The position numbers and the translations under genes are program-made. From contig NZ_CAJTSC010000010.1 of the NCBI RefSeq assembly GCF_910578895.1, positions 9,818 through 73,817 on the forward strand: a stretch of 64,000 nucleotides of DNA, written 5' to 3'. Shown piece after piece: positions 45,238 to 55,200 of this stretch (the stretch's first letter is position 1; each line of letters begins with the position of its first letter). The DNA is from an uncultured Bacteroides sp. (lineage in GTDB: Bacteria; Bacteroidota; Bacteroidia; Bacteroidales; Bacteroidaceae). Under the pieces are notes generated by a model. That model had not been told where the DNA came from. It was given only the letters and a program-made list of their open reading frames with translations, and searched no databases.

Positions 45238-45828
45238 TCACTCGTCACCGTTTTTCTCTTCTTTTCGGTTTACTCCACCAAAGTATTTCTCTATTTTTAC
45301 TTTGCGTTGCAACTGCATCATTCCGTAGTAGAATGCTTCGGGGCGGGGAGGACATCCCGGGATGTATACGTCTACCGGCAAAATCTTGTCCACTCCGTTG
45401 ACAACGTGATAGGATTTCTTGAACGGACCGCCGCTGACGGCGCAACCGCCTACGGCTACCACATACTTGGGGTCCGCCATCTGGTCGTACAGGCGCTTCA
45501 GCACCGGTGCCATCTTGTTGGTGATTGTTCCGCACACCATAATCATGTCTGCCTGGCGCGGACTGGCGCGGGCTACTTCGAACCCGAAGCGCGCCATGTC
45601 ATAACGCGCCGCGCCGAGGGCCATGAATTCGATACCGCAACAGCTTGTTGCAAACGTAAGCGGCCACAGCGAGTTGCTGCGTCCCCAGTTGACGAAATCG
45701 TCCAGAACGCCGAGAGCCACATTGGCGCCTTCGGCGTTAAGCTCCCGGACCAGTTTCTCCAACGTCTCGTTGTCTGTAAACTCCTCATAAGGGATGGATT
45801 TTATGTTGGGTTTCTTCGTTACTTCCAT
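45238..45828 (-). CDS. nuoB: NADH-quinone oxidoreductase subunit B
   Basis: ORF 45238..46047 trimmed to MEVTKKPN. Contains the CCGIE...GCPP cluster-N2 motifs. It overlaps the nuoA 3' end by 10 nt. Confidence 0.88.
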   Translation of the reverse strand: MEVTKKPNIKSIPYEEFTDNETLEKLVRELNAEGANVALGVLDDFVNWGRSNSLWPLTFATSCCGIEFMALGAARYDMARFGFEVARASPRQADMIMVCGTITNKMAPVLKRLYDQMADPKYVVAVGGCAVSGGPFKKSYHVVNGVDKILPVDVYIPGCPPRPEAFYYGMMQLQRKVKIEKYFGGVNRKEEKNGDE

Positions 45829-46169
45829 TCCAAAGCTCCTTTCCTCCAGGCGTATGCAAGGCCCAGAATCAATATGACAAGGAAAAACAAAATGCTGAAA
45901 AGCCCGGCTGCCCCGAACTCGCGTGTGATGACTGCCCACGGAAACAGGAATACCGTCTCCACCTCGAACATCAGAAACAGGATGGCAAACAGATAGTAGC
46001 CTACCCGGAACTGCATCCATGATTTGCCGCGCGTGGGGATGCCACATTCGTACGGCTCCATCTTCTGTGTGTTGTACGAACGGGGAGCTATCGCATTGGA
46101 CAATGCGATGACGATGCCCACGAACGCAATTGCCGTCAACAGGACGACTACTAACAACGTAAAGTTCAT
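45819..46169 (-). CDS. nuoA: NADH-quinone oxidoreductase subunit A
   Basis: 116 aa with three TM helices. First gene of the cluster. Confidence 0.9.
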   Translation of the reverse strand: MNFTLLVVVLLTAIAFVGIVIALSNAIAPRSYNTQKMEPYECGIPTRGKSWMQFRVGYYLFAILFLMFEVETVFLFPWAVITREFGAAGLFSILFFLVILILGLAYAWRKGALEWK

Positions 46170-46304
46170 AAATCCGATAAGATTTTAGATAAGTATATAT
46201 TTACAATCAGTTTATAAGATAATTAATCATCAGTACTTATATAAATATAGGCGCACTGCAACAAATGCGGTGATAAAGTGGCAGGATGTGTCGCTTTCGG
46301 GGTG

Positions 46305-46312
46305 CAAAGATA
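46305..46312 (-). promoter_or_regulatory. Candidate -7 box (TATCTTTG on the minus strand) for the nuo operon
   Basis: The plus-strand caaagata is the reverse complement of TAnnTTTG, about 135 nt upstream of nuoA. The only -33-like motif is imperfect (CTTG). Confidence 0.35.
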
Positions 46313-46577
46313 TAACAACTCTCTCTCAAGCTGCTATCTCCACATGACAAAAAAAGGTAGTTTTTACACTTTTTATACTTAAGAGCCTGTCCCGAGTTAT
46401 GCGGACAATCATTCGCGATTTTCTTCGGAAAGGCTCTTGTCCGCCTCACGTTTTTTTCATTTAAACACTGCACTCCCCGTGTCGGCTTCCGGTTCCGGGC
46501 ACGAAAGGCGATAGCTTCCTCTGACTCCTCCTGATTCAAACTTCCGGCTTATGGCTCTAACCGCGACCGGTCGCGCG

Positions 46578-48029
46578 TCAGTTCCGCTTCCAGAACTCAG
46601 GGGTGAACAGGAGCAGGACGGTGAACAGCTCCAGGCGTCCCAGCAGCATGAGGAATGCCAACAGCCACTTTGCTGCATCGGGCAGGGCGTTCCATGAGTA
46701 TGCCGGTCCCGTCTCACCCAGTCCGGGACCCATATTGCTGATGCTGGATATGACACAGCCCACAGACTCTTTGGTTCCTATCCCCATTTCCATCATTATC
46801 AATATGCTGACGATGCTGATAATGGCGTATAAGAAAAAGAATGCCAGCACGGTGGAGACGATGGAAGGGGATATCACCTGTTTGTTTACGCGCACCGGCA
46901 ATACGGCGTTGGGGTGGAGGATATGTTTGAACTCGTTGCGCGATACTTTGGCAAGGATAACCATCCGGATACATTTTATTCCGCCGGTGGTGCTGCCCGC
47001 GCATGCCCCCATCAGCATCACCACGGTCAGCAATCCCCAAAGCATGGGCGTCCACAGCATGTAGTCGTCTGTGGCAAAACCGGTGGAGGTGTGCAGGGAT
47101 ATGACCTGGAACAACGCTTTACGGAAAGCCTCTTCCACACCCACCGCACTGGTATGATAGAGGATAACGGTGATGATGGCGGTAAAGCCGGCTACCGACC
47201 AGAAATACCATTTCAACTCGGCATTGTCGATAATCTTTTTGAATTTCCGGTTGACGAAGAACAGTAGCAGCGTAAAGTTGATGCCGGAAATGAACATGAA
47301 CAGCGAGATAACGTATTCTATGTAAGGGGAATTGTAGTGCGCTATGCTCGCCTGTTTGGTAGAGAACCCTCCGGTTCCCGTAGTGGCAAAGGCATGGCAT
47401 ATACTATCGAACCAGTTCATGCCGCCCAGCATCAGCAGGGCTACAAGGATAAGCGTAAGTCCGGTATAGATGCTCCATATCCATTTGGCTGTGATGCCGA
47501 TGCGCGGGTGCACCTTGTCGTGTGTGGGACCGCTTGCCTCGGCGGCAAACACCTGCAGCCCGCTCACCCCGAAGATGGGCAGCACCGCGATGGTAAACAG
47601 GATAATCCCCAGTCCGCCTATCCATTGCGTCATGTTGCGCCAAAACAGCAGTCCGGGAGGCAATGTCTCTATGTTGTCCAGTATGGTGGCTCCTGTGCTG
47701 GTAAAGCCGGATATGGTTTCGAAGAAAGCATTCGTGATGTCGGGGATGTGCCCGCTAAGATAGAAAGGCAGCATGCCGAAAATAGAGAAAATCACCCACA
47801 CAAGGCTGACCAGCACATAGCCGTCGCGGCGGGTCAGCTGCTTGTCGCTGCCTTTTCCGGCGATAACCATAAGCATGCCCGCTCCCGCCGTGATGCCTGC
47901 CGATTTCCAGAAGTCCAGCAGCGCATCGTCGTTATAATAGAGCGATATTGCCGAGCATGCCAGCAACATGACTGTTTCCAGCAGCAGCAGGATGCCGATA
48001 ATCCGTATGATTGTCTTAAACTTGATCAC
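46578..48029 (-). CDS. trkH: Trk-type potassium uptake protein TrkH
   Basis: 483-aa polytopic protein with TrkH-like pore-loop repeats (SGFTSTGAT, TTGTGGFST, HTSTGFAT). The apparent start codon is GTG (48027-48029). Confidence 0.88.
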   Translation of the reverse strand: MIKFKTIIRIIGILLLLETVMLLACSAISLYYNDDALLDFWKSAGITAGAGMLMVIAGKGSDKQLTRRDGYVLVSLVWVIFSIFGMLPFYLSGHIPDITNAFFETISGFTSTGATILDNIETLPPGLLFWRNMTQWIGGLGIILFTIAVLPIFGVSGLQVFAAEASGPTHDKVHPRIGITAKWIWSIYTGLTLILVALLMLGGMNWFDSICHAFATTGTGGFSTKQASIAHYNSPYIEYVISLFMFISGINFTLLLFFVNRKFKKIIDNAELKWYFWSVAGFTAIITVILYHTSAVGVEEAFRKALFQVISLHTSTGFATDDYMLWTPMLWGLLTVVMLMGACAGSTTGGIKCIRMVILAKVSRNEFKHILHPNAVLPVRVNKQVISPSIVSTVLAFFFLYAIISIVSILIMMEMGIGTKESVGCVISSISNMGPGLGETGPAYSWNALPDAAKWLLAFLMLLGRLELFTVLLLFTPEFWKRN

Positions 48030-48196
48030 AGTTGTTTGAATTATGAATTTTGAATTATGAATTTTGAATTGCCTTTCGGATTATTATCTTTCAGATTATT
48101 GCTTTTCAGATCATTATCTTTCGAATTATTGCCTTTCATATTTATTCCCCTTCGAACAGCGCAGCCCATTCAAAATTCAAAATTCATAATTCAAAA
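48030..48196. repeat. Heptamer-armed palindrome in the trkA-trkH spacer, with a 15-16-bp x4 tandem repeat in the loop
   Basis: Arms are ttgaattatgaattttgaattatgaattttgaattg and cattcaaaattcaaaattcataattcaaaatt. The loop repeats are attattatctttcag/attattgcttttcag/atcattatctttcga/attattgcctttcat. Confidence 0.8.
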
Positions 48197-49537
48197 TTAA
48201 TTAAAGTACTTCTCTATTTTCTTAATCATCATGCCCAAGCAGAACACCACCACATGGTCGCCGGGCAATATTTGCGTGTTACCCATAACCACCACACCTT
48301 CGCCGTTGCGTATCAGTCCGCCGATTGTGGTTCCTTTGGGTAGTCCGAGGTCTTTCACCTGGTGTTTGGTTATCTTTGAGCCGGGCTTCACGGTAAACTC
48401 CGCCACGTCGGCGTTGGCAAAGGTCAGGCATTTCACGTTGCTCACGTCGGCATCCAGCATCATCTGGTAGATATGGCTGGCGGCAATCATCTTTTTGTTG
48501 ATTACTGTTCCGATGTCAAGGCTTTCCGCCATGCCTATGTAGTCTATGTTCTCTACTTCCGCCACGGTCTTGCTTACCCCCATGCGCTTTGCCGCCAGGC
48601 AGGCGAGGATGTTTGTCTCCGAGTTTCCGGTCAGTGCCACGAAAGCCTCGGTGTTCTTCAGCCCTTCCTCGATAAGCAGGTCCATGTCGCGCCCGTCTCC
48701 GTTGATAATCATTGTTTTATCATCCAACAGCTCGGTCAGGCGGTTACACCGGTTCAGGTCGTTGTCCACAATCTTCACCTGCATGTAGTCGGGGACGTAT
48801 TGTGCCGTGCGCACGGCGATGCGGCTTCCGCCCATAATCATTACATTGCGCACATCGGCATAATCTTCCTTGCCCGCTATCTTGCGGATATACGGGACGA
48901 ACTTGCGGGTAGTGGTGAAATAGACAATGTCGTGCAGCTTTATCACATCATCGCCGCGCGGTATCAGGGTTTCGCTTGCGCGTTTGATGGCTACCACGTG
49001 GTAGGGCAGTTCCGGTCCGCCCAGCTGGTGCAGGGGGATGTTCAGGATTTCCGCTTTCTCGCGCATCTTGGCACCTATCAAAATCAGCGCGCCGCCGCAG
49101 AACTCCCACCATTGGCGCACCCAGCTCATGCGGATGGAAGACACAATCTCCTTTGCCGCAAGCATTTCCGGATAGATGAGCGAGTCCACTCCCAACTTCT
49201 GGAAGAACTCCTTGTTTTTGGGCAACAGGTATTCGTAATTGTCGATGCGCCCTACGGTCTTTACCGCACCGAGATTGGTGGCGAGCATGCATGCAGTGAT
49301 GTTCCGGCTTTCGTCGGGCGTCACGGCGATGAAGAGGTCGGCTTCTCCTGCTCCCACTTCCTTCAGTCCCTTGATGGAAGTGGGCGATGCGGTGACGGTC
49401 ATCAGGTCGAAGTTGTTCCCGAGCGTGCTCAGCCGTTCTTCGTTGTCGTCCATTAATATGATGTCCTGTTTCTCGCGGGACAATAGCTTTGCCAAGTGTG
49501 TGCCTACTGCGCCGGCACCTGCAATGATTATCTTCAC
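48197..49537 (-). CDS. trkA: Trk system NAD-binding protein TrkA
   Basis: 446 aa with two Rossmann/RCK units (MKIIIAGAGAVGTHLAK and VMIMGGSRIAVRTA). The apparent start codon is GTG (49535-49537). Confidence 0.9.
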   Translation of the reverse strand: MKIIIAGAGAVGTHLAKLLSREKQDIILMDDNEERLSTLGNNFDLMTVTASPTSIKGLKEVGAGEADLFIAVTPDESRNITACMLATNLGAVKTVGRIDNYEYLLPKNKEFFQKLGVDSLIYPEMLAAKEIVSSIRMSWVRQWWEFCGGALILIGAKMREKAEILNIPLHQLGGPELPYHVVAIKRASETLIPRGDDVIKLHDIVYFTTTRKFVPYIRKIAGKEDYADVRNVMIMGGSRIAVRTAQYVPDYMQVKIVDNDLNRCNRLTELLDDKTMIINGDGRDMDLLIEEGLKNTEAFVALTGNSETNILACLAAKRMGVSKTVAEVENIDYIGMAESLDIGTVINKKMIAASHIYQMMLDADVSNVKCLTFANADVAEFTVKPGSKITKHQVKDLGLPKGTTIGGLIRNGEGVVVMGNTQILPGDHVVVFCLGMMIKKIEKYFN

Positions 49538-49551
49538 GGTTGTTTTTTTAA

Positions 49552-49636
49552 TTTTAAATTTTGAATTCTGAATTTTGAATTGCCCTGCGGAACAAGCGCA
49601 GCTAATTCAAAATTCAAAATTCATAATTCCAAATTG
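49552..49636. repeat. Heptamer-armed palindrome spanning the dxs stop codon
   Basis: Arms are ttttaaattttgaattctgaattttgaattg and taattcaaaattcaaaattcataattccaaatt. The loop carries its own ctgcg/cgcag stem. The right arm encodes the last dxs codons (WNYEF*). Confidence 0.8.
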
Positions 49637-51521
49637 ATTGATAAATACCTTCTTCATCCATCCCGCACAGCCGATACAGTTCCTGCACCGTGCCGTGCTC
49701 TATAAATGCGTCGGGCACGCCGATGCGCGCCACGTGCGGAGTGTAATTGTTGTCCGCCATGAATTCCAGCACGGCGCTTCCCATGCCGCCTTCCCGTACG
49801 CCGTCCTCTATGGTGACGATACGCCTGAAGTTGCGTCCCGCCTCGTGCAGCAACTCCTCATCCAGCGGTTTGAGGAAGCGCAGGTCGTAGTGGGCTATGG
49901 AGAGTCCTTTCTCCGTTTCCATCCGCTTGATGGCACGTGCGGCAATGTTCCCTATCGGGCCGAGGGTGATGACGGCAAGGTCTTTGCCGTCTTTCAGTTT
50001 GCGTCCTTTGCCTACGGGAATCTCTTCCAGCGGACATTTCCAATCCGCCAGCACGCCCCGTCCGCGCGGATAGCGGATGACGAACGGGCCTTTGTCCGGC
50101 AACTGTGCCGTATACATCAGGCGGCGCAGTTCATGTTCGTCCATAGGCGAGGATATGGTCATGTTCGGGATGGGACGGAAGTAGGCAAGGTCGTACACGC
50201 CGTGATGCGTAGGCCCGTCTTCGCCCACCAGTCCGGCGCGGTCCAGGCAGAGCACTACCGGCAGCCTCAGCAGGGCGATGTCGTGTATCACGTTGTCGTA
50301 AGCCCGCTGCATGAAAGACGAATAAATGTTGCAGAACGGTTGCAACCCCTCTTTTGCCATGCCGCCGGAGAATGTGGCTGCATGCCCTTCGGCAATGCCT
50401 ACGTCGAACGCCCGGTCGGGCATGGACTTCATCAATATGTTCATGGAGCATCCTGTGGGCATGGCGGGAGTCACCCCCACTATCTTCGGATTCTTCTCGG
50501 CAAGCTCCACCAACGTCTCGCCGAATACGGTCTGGTAGAGGGGCGGCAGGTTGCCGGTGTCGGCAGTGATGCGCTCTCCGGTTTCGGGGTCGAACCTGCC
50601 CGGTGCATGCCAGGTGCCCGGGTCTTTCTCGGCAGGTGCAAAGCCTTTGCCCTTTACGGTATGCAGGTGGAGTATTTTAGGTCCTTGCAAATCTTTTATG
50701 TCCCGCAGGATGCGTGCAAGGTTCTTTACGTCGTGTCCGTTTATAGGACCGAAGTACCGTATGTTCATCCCCTCGAAGATATTCTGCTGCTGGGCGGCGA
50801 TTGACTTCAGGCTGTTCGCAAAGCGAATCAGCGCCTTGCGCCTGTCTTCATTCAGCACGCCCATCCTGAACAGCATCTTCGATGCCTTGAAGCGCAGTTG
50901 GTTGTAGCGGTTGGAGGTTGTCAGGTTGAACAGGTACTGCTTCATGCCGCCTACGCTGCGGTCTATCGCCATGTCGTTGTCATTGAGGATAATCAACAGG
51001 TTGTTGGCGGTGGACGAAACATTGTTCAGCCCCTCGAAGGCAAGGCCGCCGCTCATGCTTCCGTCGCCGATGACCGCCACTACACGGCGCTCTGTCTCCC
51101 CTTTCCTGGCTGCGGCAACGGCCATGCCCAGGGCTGCCGATATGGAATTGGAAGCATGTCCGCAGGCAAAGGTATCGTAATCGCTCTCCGCCGGAGTGGG
51201 GAAGGGGCGTATGCCTTTGAACTTCCGGTTGGTGCAGAACGTCTCGCGGCGTCCGGTCAGCATCTTATGCCCGTATGCCTGATGTCCCACGTCCCATACG
51301 ATGCGGTCGTAGGGCGTATTGTAGACATAGTGCAGCGCAACGGTCAGTTCCACCGTGCCCAAACTGGCAGCGAAATGTCCCGGGTTGCGCGAAAGTTCCT
51401 GGATGATGTCTTGCCTTAATTCTTCGCAAACCTCCGGGAGTTGCTCCACACTCAGTCTGCGCAGGTCTTCCGGATAGGAAATGGAATCAAGCAAGTTATA
51501 TGTTGTTGCTTCTGTTTTCAT
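49614..51521 (-). CDS. dxs: 1-deoxy-D-xylulose-5-phosphate synthase
   Basis: ORF trimmed to [23 protein letters not shown]. Contains the TPP-binding GDGSMSGG motif and reads as Dxs-like along its full length. Confidence 0.9.
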   Translation of the reverse strand: MKTEATTYNLLDSISYPEDLRRLSVEQLPEVCEELRQDIIQELSRNPGHFAASLGTVELTVALHYVYNTPYDRIVWDVGHQAYGHKMLTGRRETFCTNRKFKGIRPFPTPAESDYDTFACGHASNSISAALGMAVAAARKGETERRVVAVIGDGSMSGGLAFEGLNNVSSTANNLLIILNDNDMAIDRSVGGMKQYLFNLTTSNRYNQLRFKASKMLFRMGVLNEDRRKALIRFANSLKSIAAQQQNIFEGMNIRYFGPINGHDVKNLARILRDIKDLQGPKILHLHTVKGKGFAPAEKDPGTWHAPGRFDPETGERITADTGNLPPLYQTVFGETLVELAEKNPKIVGVTPAMPTGCSMNILMKSMPDRAFDVGIAEGHAATFSGGMAKEGLQPFCNIYSSFMQRAYDNVIHDIALLRLPVVLCLDRAGLVGEDGPTHHGVYDLAYFRPIPNMTISSPMDEHELRRLMYTAQLPDKGPFVIRYPRGRGVLADWKCPLEEIPVGKGRKLKDGKDLAVITLGPIGNIAARAIKRMETEKGLSIAHYDLRFLKPLDEELLHEAGRNFRRIVTIEDGVREGGMGSAVLEFMADNNYTPHVARIGVPDAFIEHGTVQELYRLCGMDEEGIYQSIWNYEF

Positions 51522-51822
51522 CACTGTGCTGAAGATTACAAGATGCAAAAATAACAAAAGAAAACGGATTGCGATAAAAAGACCTGTAAATTCCTTGTAC
51601 TTTTTACTGTAAATTCATGTGGCATTATATTAAAATCTTCTCGTACTTTTTTGTAGTCGTGTCCTCATGTAGCCTATTCCTCTTCTAACTTTACCAGTTG
51701 CCATATATAAAATTTCCTGCCCATATACAGTGATATAAGCAGGAAATCATTTTAACTGTAATTATCTTGATTCGGGAGTGTTTTATCAAAATTGCAGTTG
51801 TTTCATAAATTACCTTATCTGA

Positions 51823-52236
51823 TTAGGGGTCAACAACGAAACTTATAACTCTACCATCATTTTTCCTGATTTCTATATAAACTGTGCGTCCTCCCCAAAT
51901 TATGCCTTCTTTTGTGGTTATAGGGTCAGGAAAAGAACTCATGATATACCAAACACTATCAACCTGGTTAATTCTGAAAGGCTTTTGGTTATTCATTTCC
52001 TTTTCCCCTAAGAATTCTTTTATCATAGGTTCCACTACTTTGTATGCTATTTCCGCAGTGGGAACTTCATCACCGGACCAATGTTTTGGAATATAAGTCG
52101 AAAGAGAATCAAAAACTTCAGGATAATACCTTGTGAGTGTAGTGTCCACAACGTAGTCGGAAGGGGTATTACTCCCTTTTCTTGAACAGCTTACCATCAG
52201 TAAGAGTAGCAATGCGACAAATAAAAGTTTCTTCAT
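51823..52236 (-). CDS. Lipoprotein, candidate immunity protein for the Rhs C-terminal toxin (Imm-NTF2-like)
   Basis: Starts MKKLLFVALLLLLMVSCS (lipobox). The segment AEIAYKVVEPMIKEFLGE...WYIMSS...GGRTVYIEIRKNDGRVISFVVDP resembles NTF2-fold immunity proteins. It begins 4 nt after the toxin stop and is AT-rich. Confidence 0.55.
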   Translation of the reverse strand: MKKLLFVALLLLLMVSCSRKGSNTPSDYVVDTTLTRYYPEVFDSLSTYIPKHWSGDEVPTAEIAYKVVEPMIKEFLGEKEMNNQKPFRINQVDSVWYIMSSFPDPITTKEGIIWGGRTVYIEIRKNDGRVISFVVDP

Positions 52237-52240
52237 ACGT

Positions 52241-55200
52241 TCAAAATAGATTTTTAATAACATTATACAATTCCTCTAAAATATTCTTCTGGTCATCTAT
52301 TGTTTGTTGCAACTTAATGTTATCCTGCGGTTCTATCCTATTCTTACGTGAGGGGGCGTTAGGATCACTTGGCAATCCCGTAGAAATAACATCTATTTTA
52401 TCTGTTTTAGGATTATGCTCTAACAAACTTCCATTGGGAGTGGCTAAAAAACCTGTCATTTCTTTTTGCCTATTATTGGATAAATCCGAATGAGAAAAAA
52501 TGTTATCCTTCACATATTTTATTTTTCCATCTTTATCTAAAAAAGTCCCGTCGTAATTCCCATGAGAGTGAATTGTTGCCACAATCTTTTCACCGTTAGA
52601 GGGTCCGCTTACTGTGGTCTGATGTCCATCCGAAATGTTTGCTTCCGAATATGAATATCCTTCCAGCGTACCTTTTTTTCTGACTTCATAAATGGAAGAT
52701 CCCATTTCCCTTTTCCGGATGATGGATGCTCCGTTATAATACATGCCCCAATCTTTAGCCGCTTCCTTGGGAGTCTTGAACAAATCACCGGGACCGAAAT
52801 CCATCCCGCTTTTATCAATAAAGAGTATCGGATTGTTTCCGCAATACGTATACGGGCTTATCTGATAATATTTCTCCGCCATCGGGTCAACCGTCGTAAA
52901 TCTTCCCAACGCCGCATCATAATGCCGTGCTCCGTAGTCGTACCAGTTCAGCCCGTTTTTCGTATCAAGTTCCTTGCCGTTGTATTTGTAAGGCTGCACA
53001 CTGTTACTTGAAGATGCGAAGATACCACCGAACGGATAGTAGTGATTTGTCTCTTCCACCGTACCGTTTTGGTCTACCACCACCCGGTTATTTCCCTGAT
53101 GGTCCTTCACGTAATAGTGGTAAACATTGTCCGAAAGCGTCACATAACCCACTTCCGTCAGCAGCAGTTTGGCAATACCGTTTTCATAGACCACATTCCC
53201 GCAATAGTCCGTTGTGGTGACTGCACCGCCTATTGTATGCACCGTACGGAGTTTCGTTCCGTCCGCGGCATACACGTAACTGATGGTGTTCCCGTCACCA
53301 AACGTGACCTTGCTTGACAAATTTAAACAATTATATTGAATATCAGCAATATTCCTGTTTAAATCTTTGGTTAGATTTCCGTTCGCATCGTAGGCGTATT
53401 CATTTGCTTGCTTCGCGCCGTCTCTGAACTCGAAGCCGCCGTTGTAAACGGAATCGGTCACAGCATCATCCACACGGCTCAACCGGTTGCCGTTCAGCGT
53501 GAAAGTCAGGTCGTCAATCATGCCGTATCCCGATGCAGAAGTCTGTCCGTAACGTTGCAACCCCTTGATATTACCGTTTTTGTCATAACCCGTCACCCTC
53601 TCAGTAAAGAAATTCGGATTACCGTTTATGGAACTCCCTTCTCCATACTCGGCTTCCGTCAAACGGTCCAGCCCGTCATAAGCGAACTTGTATCCTCTTA
53701 TCATACCGTCTTCCGTACCCACCTGCCACGTCATACTGCTTATATTCCGTTGTAACAGGGAGTCCCATAGCCGTCCGTATAGTATAGGCTCTGCGCAAAC
53801 TTTCCGGCATCCACGCCCGTCAGCAGGGAGCGGGTATTGTAGCTGTACGTCGTGTTGCAAGCCGAGCCGTGGAAGATGCCGGTACGTATTCTTCCCAATT
53901 CATCGTAGCTGTTTTTCAATAACACCACTTCGGGAAGCGCATTCAGTTGGTGGCGTACCTCGGTCACCCGCTCCGCATGGTCGTAGGCATAGCTGTACAC
54001 TTCCGTCTGTGCAGTCCCGCCCGCGGTGGTCTGCGTGTGCTTGTGTTTTAGCGTCTGCCCGCTGAAGGAGTAAACGAAGCAGTCCGTGTCAATGCCGCCC
54101 AACAAGTTGCAGGCGCGTTGCTGCACCAGCCGCCCCTCGGCATCGTAATACAAGGCGGAGGAAAGGGATACTGTGGGAATTGTTTTCGATACAGTTTTCG
54201 ATGCAACTCCCGATGCTACTTCTGATGCCGCTCCCGCGACAATTCCCGCTCCGAAATCCCTTGTCCCCGTCAATCGCCCTTTCCCTGCGGAACTCCCGTC
54301 AAACCGTGCGTCATACCCCTCTTCCGGGGCATACGCCAGCCCCAAGGGCACGCCGTCCAGTCTTAAAAACAGGTAATTGTCGTAGTAGTTCACTTTCAGC
54401 AGCTGCGCGCCCTCTTCCGTGATGTCCATTCCGCTGACGTCATACCCGCTGCCGAGGAAACCGCCCGTCCCGCAGAACACGGCGTTCGCTGTAGAAGACT
54501 GCACGGACGTCTCGTCGACCATCCCGATACCTTCCACCGTCACCCTTCCCTGCGCGTCATAGAACGTAAACACCCACTTGCCTTGCGCGCGGAGCATCCC
54601 GTCCTGCTGCAGCACGGGACGGTCCGCCTCGTCATGGCATACATATACCTATACCCCGGCAGTTTGTATTCCGTACACAGGTTCCTGCCATTGTAGGTGT
54701 ACAGGAAGGCATATTTCTCCAATTCGTCTCCCGATGGTGAGACGGATACCTCGGGCGGAAGCACGCAGCAAAGGTTGCCCCGTGCATCGTACACATACCG
54801 CGTGTCATGCACCACCGTCCCGTCCTCGTAATCGCCCGCATAAACGGGAGTGTTCCCCGCAATGCCTGTATGCAGTTGCGTATGTATGCGTTGTCCGAGG
54901 ACGTTCCCAATTGCTCCACGATGTCTGTCCCCAACGCGGCGCAGACATCCGCATAAGCGGCGCCTTTTATTTCCGCCACGGGATACCGGTTGCCATACCT
55001 CCACAGGTAGGTTGTCACGGGCAGGTCGTTGGCGTCCCGCTGCACGATGTTCCCGGCAGCGTCATAAACTAACGCATACTTCTCGTAATACCCTTGTGGA
55101 ATGCGGAAACCGTCCATGTCCGAACTTCCCGAATAGCCGCCGGACTCCAGCCTGTACACGGCTTTCACCAGTGCCGGGTTTTCCGTATCGAATATGTTTA

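Noticed and set aside
35790-46169. The nuo operon lacks nuoE, nuoF and nuoG and has a fused nuoCD, which I considered as a possible novelty.
   Set aside because: The 11-subunit NDH-1 without the NADH-dehydrogenase module is the standard Bacteroidetes arrangement. Only the repeat-filled spacers are unusual, and those are reported separately.
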